Shown one piece after another: positions 19,501 through 30,300 of a stretch of 64,000 nucleotides of DNA; positions within the stretch are counted from its first letter, which is position 1, and each line of letters begins with the position of its first letter. Source of the DNA: a virus; IMG/VR virus record IMGVR_UViG_3300017752_000006, one strand, 5' to 3'. Made by a program: the position numbers and the translations under genes. The notes beneath the pieces were generated by a model. It was not told the DNA's origin. It saw only the letters and a program-made list of their open reading frames with translations, and ran no database searches.

Positions 19501-22500
19501 TATTGTCAAATCGGATATCTTGCAGAAAATGGCGGAGTCATAAGGGCAACAAATGGCAACAATTCATACGGAAATTTTGGAAGTGTTGCAGACGGAAACG
19601 ATCCTAACGAAACACCAATTCCTGTTACTGTTAACAATAGAGAAAATAATGCTATTATTAAAAGTGCTATAGCAGGCGGCGCCAACGATGAATTAAAAAT
19701 ATTTGAATATACAAATTGTGGTGAACAGTATTCATTTGCTGATGCAGACATTACTGGAGCAGGCGCAGATGCAGATGTTGAATACACAGATTTTAGAAAA
19801 GGTGCATTATTTGAAGGCAGATTGGTTAATACTAAAGGGTCTGGAAGTGAAGGCGGCTCTGGTTATACAATTAGACAAAACTCTGCACAAGTTGATTTAA
19901 GCACATTAACGTCTATGACTTTAAATGTTAATGAAGAAACACAATTTGCTAGTGAAATTTTAGGCATGAGAGTTATTTTAACTGCTGGTACTGGAGTAGG
20001 ACAATACGCACAAGTAGCAGGATATGATCAGCCAAGCAAAGTTCTTGATGTTGTAAAAGAAAGCGACGGAACACCAGGATGGGATCATATTGTGCCTGGC
20101 ACAACTATACTAGGTGCACTAGACAGTACAACAACTTATAGGATAGAGCCGAGGTTGACCTGTTCAGCTCCACCGTTTGTAGCTAATACCTATAAACCAC
20201 TACCAAACCCACGAACATGGGCAGATATGGATTTTGGTGGAACTACAGTAACTTATACAGGCATATCTCTTGCAGAAGGAACTGGCGCAGTTGACGAGGA
20301 GGCTGCTGTAATTACAGCATCAGTAAATATTATAAGATCAGGAGATACTTATACAGCCGCAATAATAAATCCAGGTGCAGGATATGCTGTAGGAGATAGT
20401 CTTGTAATACCAGGTACTAGTTTAGGCGGAACTTCTCCAACAAATGATTGTACCATAGAGGTACTAACAAACTCTAATGACAGTACTAACAGTATACTTA
20501 CTGTAAGTGTAACAGGAACTCCTAGAGGAGGAAGATGGGTTGCACTTACCACCGATGGTATTTTTGGATACAGTGATGATGGAGAAACTTGGTTTGAAGG
20601 TAATTTGCCGTTTACTGGTACATTTATAAGAGTTTTAGCTTACAAAAATAGATTTTTAGCTGTATGTACAAACAGTAATAAAATTGCGTATAGTTTAACC
20701 GGACAAAGTTGGACAGAAAGATCACTACCTGTTAATGCAGAATGGAAAGATATAGTATACGGATTAAATGCATCAGGTACAGGATTAGACAACGGAAGAT
20801 TAGTTCTTGTTGGATCAGCAACACAATCAGCTTTATATAGCACAAACGGATTAACCTGGAGTACTTCTACACTTCCTGTAGGAGATGACTCGACAGGCGA
20901 TCAGTGGCAGGGTGTAGCATACGGACAAGGAACATATGTTGTTGTAACAGGATCTAATAACAAAGATGTTGCATACAGCACAGACGGAATAAATTGGTCA
21001 AGATATGATGCAGTTTTTCCAGCAGGTGACTTTGATATTATAGATCTTGTATATGGTAACAACAGATTTATTGCATTTTCATCAACTGGTGATACACTAA
21101 TAAGTTTAGATAAAGGAGCAACTTGGATAGCAGGCACAGATGCTCCAACTATTGACGGTTCTACTGCAATGGCCTGGAAACGATTAAAGTACGGTCAAGG
21201 TGTATTTGTAGGTATCTGTGACACGGGCGGACAGGTTATTGGCTTTGATGATACCAGTGGCCCAACAACATTTTTTGCAACAACCCAAGATGGAATATTG
21301 TGGACAGAAAGAGCATTTGAATATGAACAGAGTTGGACAGCATTAGCAATTGATAAAGATGCTGCCATACCAGAATGGAGAATATTATCTGACAATGCAA
21401 CAAATAACGCCCTAGCAGTAATAAACGTAGGTTCAACGGCAAAAGTACGTTCTGATATATCTGTAGGTTCATTTGAGAGTGTAAAAATATGGAATCCAGG
21501 AAGCGGATATACATCAGACAATTTACCACAAATAACTGTTACTGATCCTAACTTTATTACTGAAGTTGAAATAGATGAAAGAATAGCTAGTGGTGTTTTG
21601 GCACAGCCTGACTTTGTAGATAGAGGTACAGGTTATAGAACTAGTACAAGTACAATAACAACTTCAGGAGACGGTTTTGCTGATATAGTTCCTCAGGCAA
21701 ACTTACTAGTGCTAAACGGAGTAAACTTACCTGTTCCAGGGCCCGGAGCACAAATAAGATTGTCTTCAATATTGAACATACTTACAGATGATCCTGATGA
21801 TTTAAAACTATTTACAGCCGTCGGAGCAACAGATTTAGGTGATGACGGATCTGGAAACGGAACCCGCAAAGTAAGATTTACTATTAGTCCAACAATAGAT
21901 AATGAGTCTAATCTATCACACGGAACAACTGGTACAATAAATTTAAGATACAGCCAGTGTAGAGTAAGTGGACACGATTTCTTAGATATTGGCACAGGTA
22001 ATTTTACACAAACAAATTATCCAGAACTTTATGCCGGAGGTGCTTTCTTTACAGCTGCTCCTGAAAATGAAGTATTAGAAGTAAATGGCGGTAGAGTATT
22101 TTATGTATCAACTGACCAAGATGGTAACTTTAGAGGCGGCGAACTTTTCGGAGTTAACCAAGCGACAGGTGTTGTTACTATTAGTGCTGAATTCTTTGAT
22201 CTAGACGGACTTTCGTCACTAGCACTAGGTGGTGTGAGATTGGGTGGTACTGGTACAGTTGTAAATGAGTTTAGTACTGATGCAACATTTAGTGCAGACT
22301 CTAATAATATTATTCCAACACAAAAGGCTATTGCAACATTCCTTGCAGATAGGTTAAGTGTTGGTGGTTCTGATCTTGAAACCAACGCAATTACTGCAGG
22401 ACAGGTTAAAGTAGGTACGAATGAAAATATAGTAGACATACTAGGTGGAGGATATTTAAAAATTCCAAGAGATGTAACTTTTGATGGAGCTGACGCCCTA

Positions 22501-22581
22501 GGCAATGTAACAAACACTCATGGTTCTTTGTTAGCTCAAATTATGTTTTTTAGATCTTTTACCAGAAGTGAACAACAATGA
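16534..22581 (+). CDS. Giant tail-fibre-like protein (CBM5/12-like W-x-G-x-W repeats, beta-helix, Asp-box propeller)
   Basis: N-terminal repeats W(K/R)GxW..Y...D.V.YGG..Y.C...H; VVMGDELR and SPYLQGVTN beta-helix; YSDDGETW-type Asp boxes; GHDFLDIGTG C-terminal domain. Confidence 0.8.
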   Translation: MAEFSLDRFKFRWKGDWTTGEPYRRDDIIRVGGKSYVCLIAHTSSALFRTDLLATLPGSNPPVPQPKWVVMTSGRTFLGDWATATVYNKGDIINYQGSLYTCKNSHTSTTFPADAPTIDESVPISNENWELFIPGQNFLTNWSGDTDYGLDVLVKYNGIVYKSIKTHNSGSTFEDNEDKWEIYYEGYNYRTAWLPTTKYVKNDIVKYGGSVFRCNETHTSGDLQIDATKFDLELLGSQYDSEWSDTVVYNQGDIVRYGGTLYYAVNNNLDSNPSQGQVSDTDDSTINWIILAKTYNFKGLYNTVDLSTQTIDVKVDVDSVDEKATGNLYLNGVEKNQISLVRTVTYIFNQSTDSNATYNDLTNPICFSTRENGIAGGGTYFEDDYPGAVKYILDGVEVTRQNYFDNFLSSASRQVSLTIPAANTVSMYYFSATNVEMGGLIPNTPAPTTIAETDKQYKTGDVVQRGGNVYYAVRDVHLSDGDGSSIDYLDPEVWELLIPGKLFSAGWTANKLYSINEVVVYAGTAWVCNLEHTSADNNFPGDNGSGYDYWDTLIQAGQPGALQAKGDLVQYGLAREPIGDLSTLGDKRLPIGQKKQLLSVEKDSISEELEAFWRNLSTDTDTIFVANHGQDEKDFGFSWRSPFKTVRHACEYVEDNFTAGTLVKIYVATGRFEEVGPISVPAGCVVMGDELRSTTVVATGPKIAYTDTFKYIQEYLTRLKQLFPQLIQLQNATKDEANTFVQDKTGPIAEVTSISVINQLIDDYEAFIDANVGSGSSPDVTGSNEATTSTSDVNAAAILSRNVEFIAKELILYAKAEFPNDTLPEAEMREDIRHLIRAFNRDLNYSGNWAISMSARRYYNSVLGSQLDDLLYMRDTTGLRNMTTEGLQGTLNPPGVFAQYQKPTGGALVSLDPGWGPADERVWINNRSPYLQGVTNIGTACVGKKVDGALHNGGNKSMVSNDFTQVLSDGIGAWVTNNGRAELVSVFTYYCQIGYLAENGGVIRATNGNNSYGNFGSVADGNDPNETPIPVTVNNRENNAIIKSAIAGGANDELKIFEYTNCGEQYSFADADITGAGADADVEYTDFRKGALFEGRLVNTKGSGSEGGSGYTIRQNSAQVDLSTLTSMTLNVNEETQFASEILGMRVILTAGTGVGQYAQVAGYDQPSKVLDVVKESDGTPGWDHIVPGTTILGALDSTTTYRIEPRLTCSAPPFVANTYKPLPNPRTWADMDFGGTTVTYTGISLAEGTGAVDEEAAVITASVNIIRSGDTYTAAIINPGAGYAVGDSLVIPGTSLGGTSPTNDCTIEVLTNSNDSTNSILTVSVTGTPRGGRWVALTTDGIFGYSDDGETWFEGNLPFTGTFIRVLAYKNRFLAVCTNSNKIAYSLTGQSWTERSLPVNAEWKDIVYGLNASGTGLDNGRLVLVGSATQSALYSTNGLTWSTSTLPVGDDSTGDQWQGVAYGQGTYVVVTGSNNKDVAYSTDGINWSRYDAVFPAGDFDIIDLVYGNNRFIAFSSTGDTLISLDKGATWIAGTDAPTIDGSTAMAWKRLKYGQGVFVGICDTGGQVIGFDDTSGPTTFFATTQDGILWTERAFEYEQSWTALAIDKDAAIPEWRILSDNATNNALAVINVGSTAKVRSDISVGSFESVKIWNPGSGYTSDNLPQITVTDPNFITEVEIDERIASGVLAQPDFVDRGTGYRTSTSTITTSGDGFADIVPQANLLVLNGVNLPVPGPGAQIRLSSILNILTDDPDDLKLFTAVGATDLGDDGSGNGTRKVRFTISPTIDNESNLSHGTTGTINLRYSQCRVSGHDFLDIGTGNFTQTNYPELYAGGAFFTAAPENEVLEVNGGRVFYVSTDQDGNFRGGELFGVNQATGVVTISAEFFDLDGLSSLALGGVRLGGTGTVVNEFSTDATFSADSNNIIPTQKAIATFLADRLSVGGSDLETNAITAGQVKVGTNENIVDILGGGYLKIPRDVTFDGADALGNVTNTHGSLLAQIMFFRSFTRSEQQ

Positions 22582-22587
22582 TAAATA
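22582..22587 (+). promoter_or_regulatory. Late promoter core
   Basis: GATAAATA overlapping the stop of 16534, GGAG SD downstream. Confidence 0.65.
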
Positions 22588-22604
22588 TAGTAGTGGAGTA
22601 ATAA

Positions 22605-24584
22605 ATGGCAGAGTTTAAATTAGGTAGATTAAGGTTTGTTTGGAAAAACGACTGGTCAGCAAGTACAGTTTATTTTCAAGATGACGTAATAGCATTTGGA
22701 GGAAAAACTTATATCTGTGTGCTTGGACATACAAGTTCAGCAAGTTTCTTTAGTGACTTTGACATAGTACCTCCAAAATGGAATCTTGTAAGTGACGGTC
22801 AATCCTGGAAAGGCGACTGGCAACCACAGACATCTTACGTATATGATGATATTGTAAAGTACGGCGGTAGATTATATATATGTCAAACTAACCATACTAG
22901 CGCAGAAGATTCAACTACAGGATTAGAGTCAGACATAGGCAGCTGGGAAATTTTTGCCGAAGGAAATGATTGGAAAGGTAATTGGACAGTTAGTTTTGAT
23001 TACAAAGCAAAAGATTTAGTTAAGTATGGTGGTACTACATATGTGTGTAATACTGCTCATATTTCTGCAGCTAACGAAGCGGCAGGTCTTGAATCTGATT
23101 TATCTAAATGGGATATATTTAATCAGGGATTTGAATACAAAGGTGTTTGGTCAACAGCGACTAGATACAAAGTTAATGATGTTATAAGATTTGGTGCTAA
23201 TTCGTACATCGCAACAGCTTATCACACATCAGCAGCAAGTTTTGGGACAGACAGTGCTTATTGGAATAGATTTGTTGACGGATTCCAATTTGAAAATGTT
23301 TGGTCATACGAAACATCTTACCAAATTGGGGATATTGTAAAACACGGTGGTAACCAGTATATTGCAATAACAGAAAATTTAAATAAAATACCATCAACAC
23401 AAACAAATGACTGGAATTTATTTTCAGAAGGATTTAGATATAGAGGCGACTGGGGAGATGATTCTTCTAATATAGATTATCTTATTGGTGACCTTGTAAG
23501 ATATGGAGCATACACTTACAGAGCAATTTTAGATCATAACGGACAAGAACCGCCTAGTGCTAGTTATTGGGAAAGATTTAATACAGGGCTGCAATGGCGC
23601 GGCGTTTGGTTAGATGACCAATATTATAATCAAGGAGACGTTATAAGATATGGTGATAACTCTTATGTATGTGTCCAAAACCACGTTGCAGAAGGTGATG
23701 ACTTTTCAACTGAAACTAGAGTAGGTGCAGGTGGTGGTGCAGAAAATTCTAGACCAGATTTAGATGTTGCCGGTGCATACTGGAACTTGATTGCTATAGG
23801 TAGTGAAACAAGCGTACTTACTACAACAGGAGATTTGGTTTATTACGGTGGAGCAGGACCAACAAGATTACCAATCGGCGACGACGGACAAGTTTTACAG
23901 GTTAGTTCAACAGGCATACCGGAATGGGCAACATTAGATTATGTTGATGATGTATATTATGTTGCAGAACATGGAGTTGATAGTCCGGCACCTATTTATG
24001 GAAAGTCAGTTGACAGACCGTTTAGAACAATTAGATATGCAACTCAGCAAATTGAAAAAGGTGCAAAAGTACCTAATGCAGCGAGACTTTTAGAATTAAA
24101 CAGAAGATTTATACAAAGAGAGATTGTAGAATGGACTGACTATCAAATTACAAACGGTACTAGTCCTTTTACAACAGATTTTAATTATGACAGTGCAAAG
24201 TGTGAAAGAGATATGGGATTATTAGTAGATGCATTTATTTGGGATTTGACACACGGCGGCAATGTAAGAAGTCGCGAAGCAGCACTATCTTATGTGAATG
24301 ACACAGCTGGATCTCCTTATCTAGGACAAAAAACAGAAACAAAAGCAAGTATTGCATATGGACTTACAGTAATAGAAAAAGTTTTAAAACAAGAAGCCCC
24401 GACTACAAATTATCAAACCGAAAACGGGGATAACTCAACAGCTATTGTCGCCCAATATTTTGAAACAGGATTAGGCAGACAAGACAATGTTGAATACGAA
24501 AGCACAGCAACAGCAGCATACAGTGGAACATCCGTTGGTAGCGGAGGATCCGGCGGTGGCGGTGGTGGCGGAGGAGGCTACTAA
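22605..24584 (+). CDS. Giant fibre paralog, N-terminal part (CBM-like repeats; ends in poly-Gly-Tyr tail)
   Basis: MAEFKLGRLRFVWK start parallels 16534; contains PFRTIRYA and first KCERD repeat; ends GGSGGGGGGGGY. Confidence 0.8.
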   Translation: MAEFKLGRLRFVWKNDWSASTVYFQDDVIAFGGKTYICVLGHTSSASFFSDFDIVPPKWNLVSDGQSWKGDWQPQTSYVYDDIVKYGGRLYICQTNHTSAEDSTTGLESDIGSWEIFAEGNDWKGNWTVSFDYKAKDLVKYGGTTYVCNTAHISAANEAAGLESDLSKWDIFNQGFEYKGVWSTATRYKVNDVIRFGANSYIATAYHTSAASFGTDSAYWNRFVDGFQFENVWSYETSYQIGDIVKHGGNQYIAITENLNKIPSTQTNDWNLFSEGFRYRGDWGDDSSNIDYLIGDLVRYGAYTYRAILDHNGQEPPSASYWERFNTGLQWRGVWLDDQYYNQGDVIRYGDNSYVCVQNHVAEGDDFSTETRVGAGGGAENSRPDLDVAGAYWNLIAIGSETSVLTTTGDLVYYGGAGPTRLPIGDDGQVLQVSSTGIPEWATLDYVDDVYYVAEHGVDSPAPIYGKSVDRPFRTIRYATQQIEKGAKVPNAARLLELNRRFIQREIVEWTDYQITNGTSPFTTDFNYDSAKCERDMGLLVDAFIWDLTHGGNVRSREAALSYVNDTAGSPYLGQKTETKASIAYGLTVIEKVLKQEAPTTNYQTENGDNSTAIVAQYFETGLGRQDNVEYESTATAAYSGTSVGSGGSGGGGGGGGGY

Positions 24585-27350
24585 TGGCAACAATATTTGA
24601 AACAATTACGGAATTAAGTGGAATAGTCACTGATGCAATTACAGCTGGTGTAGCAACTAATATTCCAGCAAGGCATATCAGAACAACACTAGTTAGAATT
24701 TCTACAGGTTCTTACAAAGAAGTATTACCAATTATTGTTCCTGCTGAATGTTGTATTATGGGTGACGAACTACGTGCAACAAATGTACAACCTAGAACAA
24801 TTTATAATAGTGCTAACACTCTAACAAGCATAGACGATTTCCAATATACATACGAAGGCATAAAGCACATGGAAAGCATCGTCGGTGATATTGTTACCGG
24901 TGCGACTGTTACAGCAGAATCTGGAAATACAAAAACTCAAGACCAATCTTGGCCATATGCAGAAACAGCAATTGTAGCTCCTGCTGTAAAAAAATTAGCA
25001 AGGTCTATAAGACGAAAAATTGATTACGGACTAGGAATAAAAAACGAATCAGCATTAACTCCTTACTATGATATGACTGATCCTGCCGATGGCAAATTGC
25101 GCGATTTGAATTTATTAAACAAAGAATTTATACAAGCAGAAATTGTTGGATTTATTGCTGATGGATATCCAAATTTAAAATATAGTAGAACAAAATGTAA
25201 ACAAGATGTTGGATTTATTCTTGATGCGTTAGCCTATGACTTAACATATGGCGGCAACTGGCAAACTGTAAAAGCCGGTGAAGCATATTGGGAAGCAACT
25301 AACCTACAAATTAATTCAAGTGAAAAAACAGCAACACTAGCTGCATACGGGTATCTTAGAGATCTTGTACAAACCGTTGGTAGAAATATTACAGTTACAC
25401 CAGTATACCAAAGTGATAAAACTCAAAAGGCAGGGGTAGCTGGAGATACAGGAGCATCAAATAGAGCAAGAGATCTAGTAATTAATATTATTGATATTAT
25501 AACTAATGGCTCAGGCACGGTTGCTACTACATATCCAAGTTTAACCGGAACATCTGCAACTGTTGCATCTGACTTTGCTATAGCAAGAGACAACTTAGAA
25601 GTAATACAAGACAAAACAATTGATTTTATTAACGAAAACTTTGGATCTTTTAAATATAGATCTTCAAAGTGTCGTAGAGACTTAGAACTAATTATTGGTG
25701 ATATTTCTTATGATGTTGCTCTTGGAACAAATTACAACGCAGTTTTTGCTGGACAAGCATACCAACGTCCGATTAACGCTTACAATTTGACAAGTCAAAG
25801 AATTGAAACTGTAGGTGCTTTACGTAAAGCAAGAGATGATTTAAAAATAAGTGTAACAACTGATGGATCAAGTGCGTCTGGATCAAGTAATTCAAGTACT
25901 AGAATACAAAATGCATTTAATGAGATTGTAGACATTATTAATAATGGTAGTTCTAATGCAGATACGTTAACTTTTCCAAGTCCTACAGGCGTCGATCAAA
26001 ATAGAGTGGATGCAAAAGATAATCTTATTGCAAACAAAGAATTTATAAAAGATGAAATAATTGCTTGGATTGCCAACCAAATAACTGTTAATTCAGGTAA
26101 TCCTGGTAGTATATGGTATCAGTTTCAGTATGATCCTGTAAAATGTGAAAGAGATGTTGGATTTATTATTGATGCAATGTGCTATGATGTTTTATATGGC
26201 GGTACTCAAGCTACAACAAGAATAGCACAATCTTATTTTACAGAAACAACTGCTTATCCAGCAGGACAATCAGCACAAACTGCGGCAGCATATGATAGAC
26301 TTGCAACTGTAATGTTTTATGTTGTGCAAGAAGATACAGGTTCTTGGACTAAAACTACTACTGAAGTACAAACAACTCCAGGTACACCTGCAACAGCAAC
26401 AGAAGGTGCCCTGATACGTGACACGCAAATGCAGATTATCGAAGATGTAATCACAGCCGGAAATTTAAATAGTTTACCAGCAATTGTTAAACCGTCTATA
26501 ACTTGGGCAGATGCAGAATATCAAACTGCATTTAGTAATATAGCAAGTGATACTACTGATGTTATTAGATCAGTCACACAGTATATTACAGATACATATA
26601 ATGATTTCAAATATAATCATGCTAAATGTTCAAGAGATTTAGGCATAATACTTGAAGCAGCAAAATATGACGTACTTTTAGGAACAAATTTTGCTAGTAT
26701 AAATGCAGGATTAAGTTATCTTAGAGCTCCTAGTACTAAAGTCTTAGGCGCACAAAAAACAGCAACGCTTGCGGCAAATGAATTTGCAAGAGCACAAATT
26801 AATAGTTACATGTCTGTATCTGCGGCACAAACAGGAATTAACGATACATGGGAATGGGTCCAAGATATTATTTGGGGTGGAAGTCCTGAAGGTGGTGTCA
26901 AAGCTAACGAAGATATTGAAGTATGGAATGCTATACGCCAACTAGAACTTAATAAAGAATTTATTGTTGAAGAAGTTTTAAATCATGTTGATAATAAATT
27001 TAAAGATAGAGTGACGGCAATTAATATTAACACAGATGAACTATCAATATCAGATACATCTTGGTTGTCAACAGGCATGGAGATAAAATTCTTTGATGAT
27101 GAAACAGCAGGAGATTCAACTGATGCTGTTGTTAATGCAAACTTACTAGAAACATTAACATATTATGTAAAAGATATTACAAGTGCTACAACATTTACAA
27201 TTTCGGAAACACAATATGGTACTGCAACAGACTTTACTGAATATGGTGAAGGATTTGTTGTATCAAAAGCATATGCATATGATCGTACATTATGTGCTAG
27301 AGATGTAAGAGAATACGTAAACGGAATGAAGTGGGACTTACAATGGCCAC
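24183..27350 (+). repeat. Six helical protein repeats with K/L-C-x-(R/Q)-D motif (phycobiliprotein-like)
   Basis: Cys codons at 24201, 25196, 25670, 26144, 26627, 27293; spacings of 474, 474 and 483 nt between the central four. Confidence 0.8.
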
Positions 27351-30300
27351 AAGAATGGGATAGAAATTACAACTTAACTGATGTTTCATTAGATGCTAAT
27401 GGTACAACTTCAAGCACTACTGTTAATACTAAATTATATCTATCTGCTTTCTACAAAAGTAGTTTAGCAGCTCGTTATTATGTTAATAGTGTAATTGGAT
27501 CACAAGAAGAAGATTTCTACTACTTACGCAATGGAACAGGATTAAGACTGCAAACACTTGACGGGTTACGCGGCGACTTAGGTCCTGCAAATGCATATGG
27601 TACAAGTAGACCAACAGCAGGTGCATATGCATCATTAGATCCGGGTTGGGGACCAGACGATACAAGAGTTTGGATTAGTGCAAGATCACCATACGTACAA
27701 AACTGTACCACATTTGGTTTTGCCGCAATTGGACAAAAAATTGATGGTGCACTACACAATGGAGGCAATGATTCGATTGTTAGTAATGACTTTACACAGG
27801 TTATATCAGACGGTATCGGTGCATGGATAACAAACAATGGTAGAGCAGAGCTTGTGTCAGTGTTTACATACTACTCACACATAGGTTACCTAGCAGAAGC
27901 AGGTGGACGTATACGTGGAACTAACGGTAACAACTCATATGGTACATTTGGTAGTGTAGCAGAAGGTGTTGATCCTGATGAAACTCCTGTAACAGCAATA
28001 GTTGATAATAACAAACAATACAATGCTGTTGTAAGTAATGTTTTCACAGACGGAGCAAACGAACTTCTACAAGTAGAATATTCTCATGCTGGCAACGATT
28101 ATACTGAAGCTAACCTTAATATATTTGGTGCAGGTGACAGTGAAGAGCTTGTACAAGAAGATTTTAGAGATGAAGCTGTAAACCAGGTAAGAATTATCGA
28201 AGTTGATGATTCTACAGGCAACCCAGATGCCACAGCAGGTGGTAGTGGATACCTAGTAGCAACAAACACAGCACAAACTGGAACGACAAATAGTATTACA
28301 CTTGCTGCGACAGATGGTAACTTATCAACTGCATATCCAGGGATGAAACTTTATATTACAGGTGGTGCTGGCGTAGGTCAATTTGGTGTTATAGACACAT
28401 ACAATTCTGGTACTAAACTTGCTGGTATTGTTAAAGAAACAGATGGTACAGCTGGTTGGGATCACGTAGTTCCTGGCACAACTATTGTTGCAGCAAATAG
28501 TTCTTCAACTTATTTGATCGAACCGAGAGCACAATTTACTGCACCTACTCAAAGTAACACTGTTGTTACAGGTAATCCTTCTGTTACAAACGCAGTGGTT
28601 GAATTTATTGAAACTTCAGATGAATATACAGGTGTATCTATAACTACACAAAGTGACGGTACTGGTGCTACATTTGATGTTACACGCAACGGCGAAAAAT
28701 ATTATCTAGCAACTAATGCAGCTGGTACAGGTTACACCAGACTAGACACATTAACTATAGTAGGTACTAATGTAGGCGGTACAACACCGGCACATGATAT
28801 TACAGTTACAATTACTGCTGTGGACGCAGATACAGGTGCAATTACAGCATTTGACTTCTCTGGCAGAGGACGTCGAGGAAATTTAGCATTATTTGACGGT
28901 ACAGGAACAGCTGGACATTATAGTACAGATATGGGTGCAAATTGGTCAACAATTACGTTACCAACCAACGCTAACAACGGTTGGGATCAAATTGCAAGCG
29001 GACGTATTGATGACGGTACAACTACATTTACACAAAGTAAAGCGGTTGGTGTAGGTATTGCAGGAACTGCACTTATAGCTATTATTTCAGATGATGGAGA
29101 TTCTTGGACAGCATCAAGTCCTGGATCCATACAAGCAACTAATTTAACTGGCGTGGCGTTTGGACAAACTGACACAGCAATATCTAGATTTGTTGTAATT
29201 GGTGATAATGATAGAGACGTTGCGTATTCGGATAACGGCGGCACAAGTTGGACAGTAACTACTAACGCATTACCGAGCACAGGTTATACAGCAATACAAT
29301 ATGGCTTAGGATTATTTGTTGCTGTCAAAGCAGGAAGCCAAGAAATGGCGTACTCCGCAGATGGTATTACATGGACGACAGTAGCAACAGGAATGCCAAG
29401 CACAGATGATTGGACAAGCCTAGCATTTGGTAATGGTAGATTTGTTGCAATAACAAGCGATACAACAGGAGTTGCATATAGTATAGATGGACAAAATTGG
29501 ACTGCTGTTGCAGGTGCTCTTGTAGGAACTGTGGGTAGAAAAATTAAGTACGGTCAGGGTATGTTTGTTGTGACAACAGATGATGCAAATCAATTAAGTA
29601 TCTCTGAAGATGGTGTGTATTGGCCAAGCGGAGGATATACGCTTACTGGTGCAGCACTACCAGCAGGTGGAACATCAGGTGTAACGTTTGGTAACAATGA
29701 TAGAGATCCAAACTTTATTGTGTTCCCTAGTGCGGCAACAACTGTTCACGTAAAAGCAAAACTTGGAGCTACTACAAAAGGTAGAGTCGGTGTTGCAAAC
29801 CAACAAGTGTTTGAAGTAAGGATTACAAATCCAGGTTCAGGATACGGTTCAACTCCTCCTACAGTTACAATTACAGATCCTAATAATATTAACGATGTAC
29901 TTACAACAGTCAGATTAAATTCCGGTGTGTTAGCACAACCAACATTTATAGCAAGAGGTAGTGGATTTATTACAGCCACAGCAGAAATAGATGCTACTAC
30001 AAGTAATGGTTTTGCAGACTTCTTACAAGATGGTCAGTTTATTGCTGTAAGACGTTTAAGTGCTACTCCAGTAAATGGATCTAACATAGTGTTTGATGAT
30101 TTACCAGGACAAGTGTTCAAACTAGTTAACACTGTATCACTAGTAGGTCTTATTGACGGTGATAAAACTGCTTTCTTACAACTATCACCTAACATGGAAA
30201 TTGAAGATGCTGTAAGCGATGAAAACCCAGTTACAATGAGAATTAGATTTAGTCAAACACGACTAACAGGACACGATTTCTTAGACATTGGAACAGGTAA

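Noticed and set aside
24542-24586. Canonical -1 programmed frameshift or stop readthrough joining 22605 and 24584
   Set aside because: No X XXY YYZ slippery heptamer in the 42-nt overlap window; in-frame readthrough hits another stop after 10 codons; a strong SD supports re-initiation
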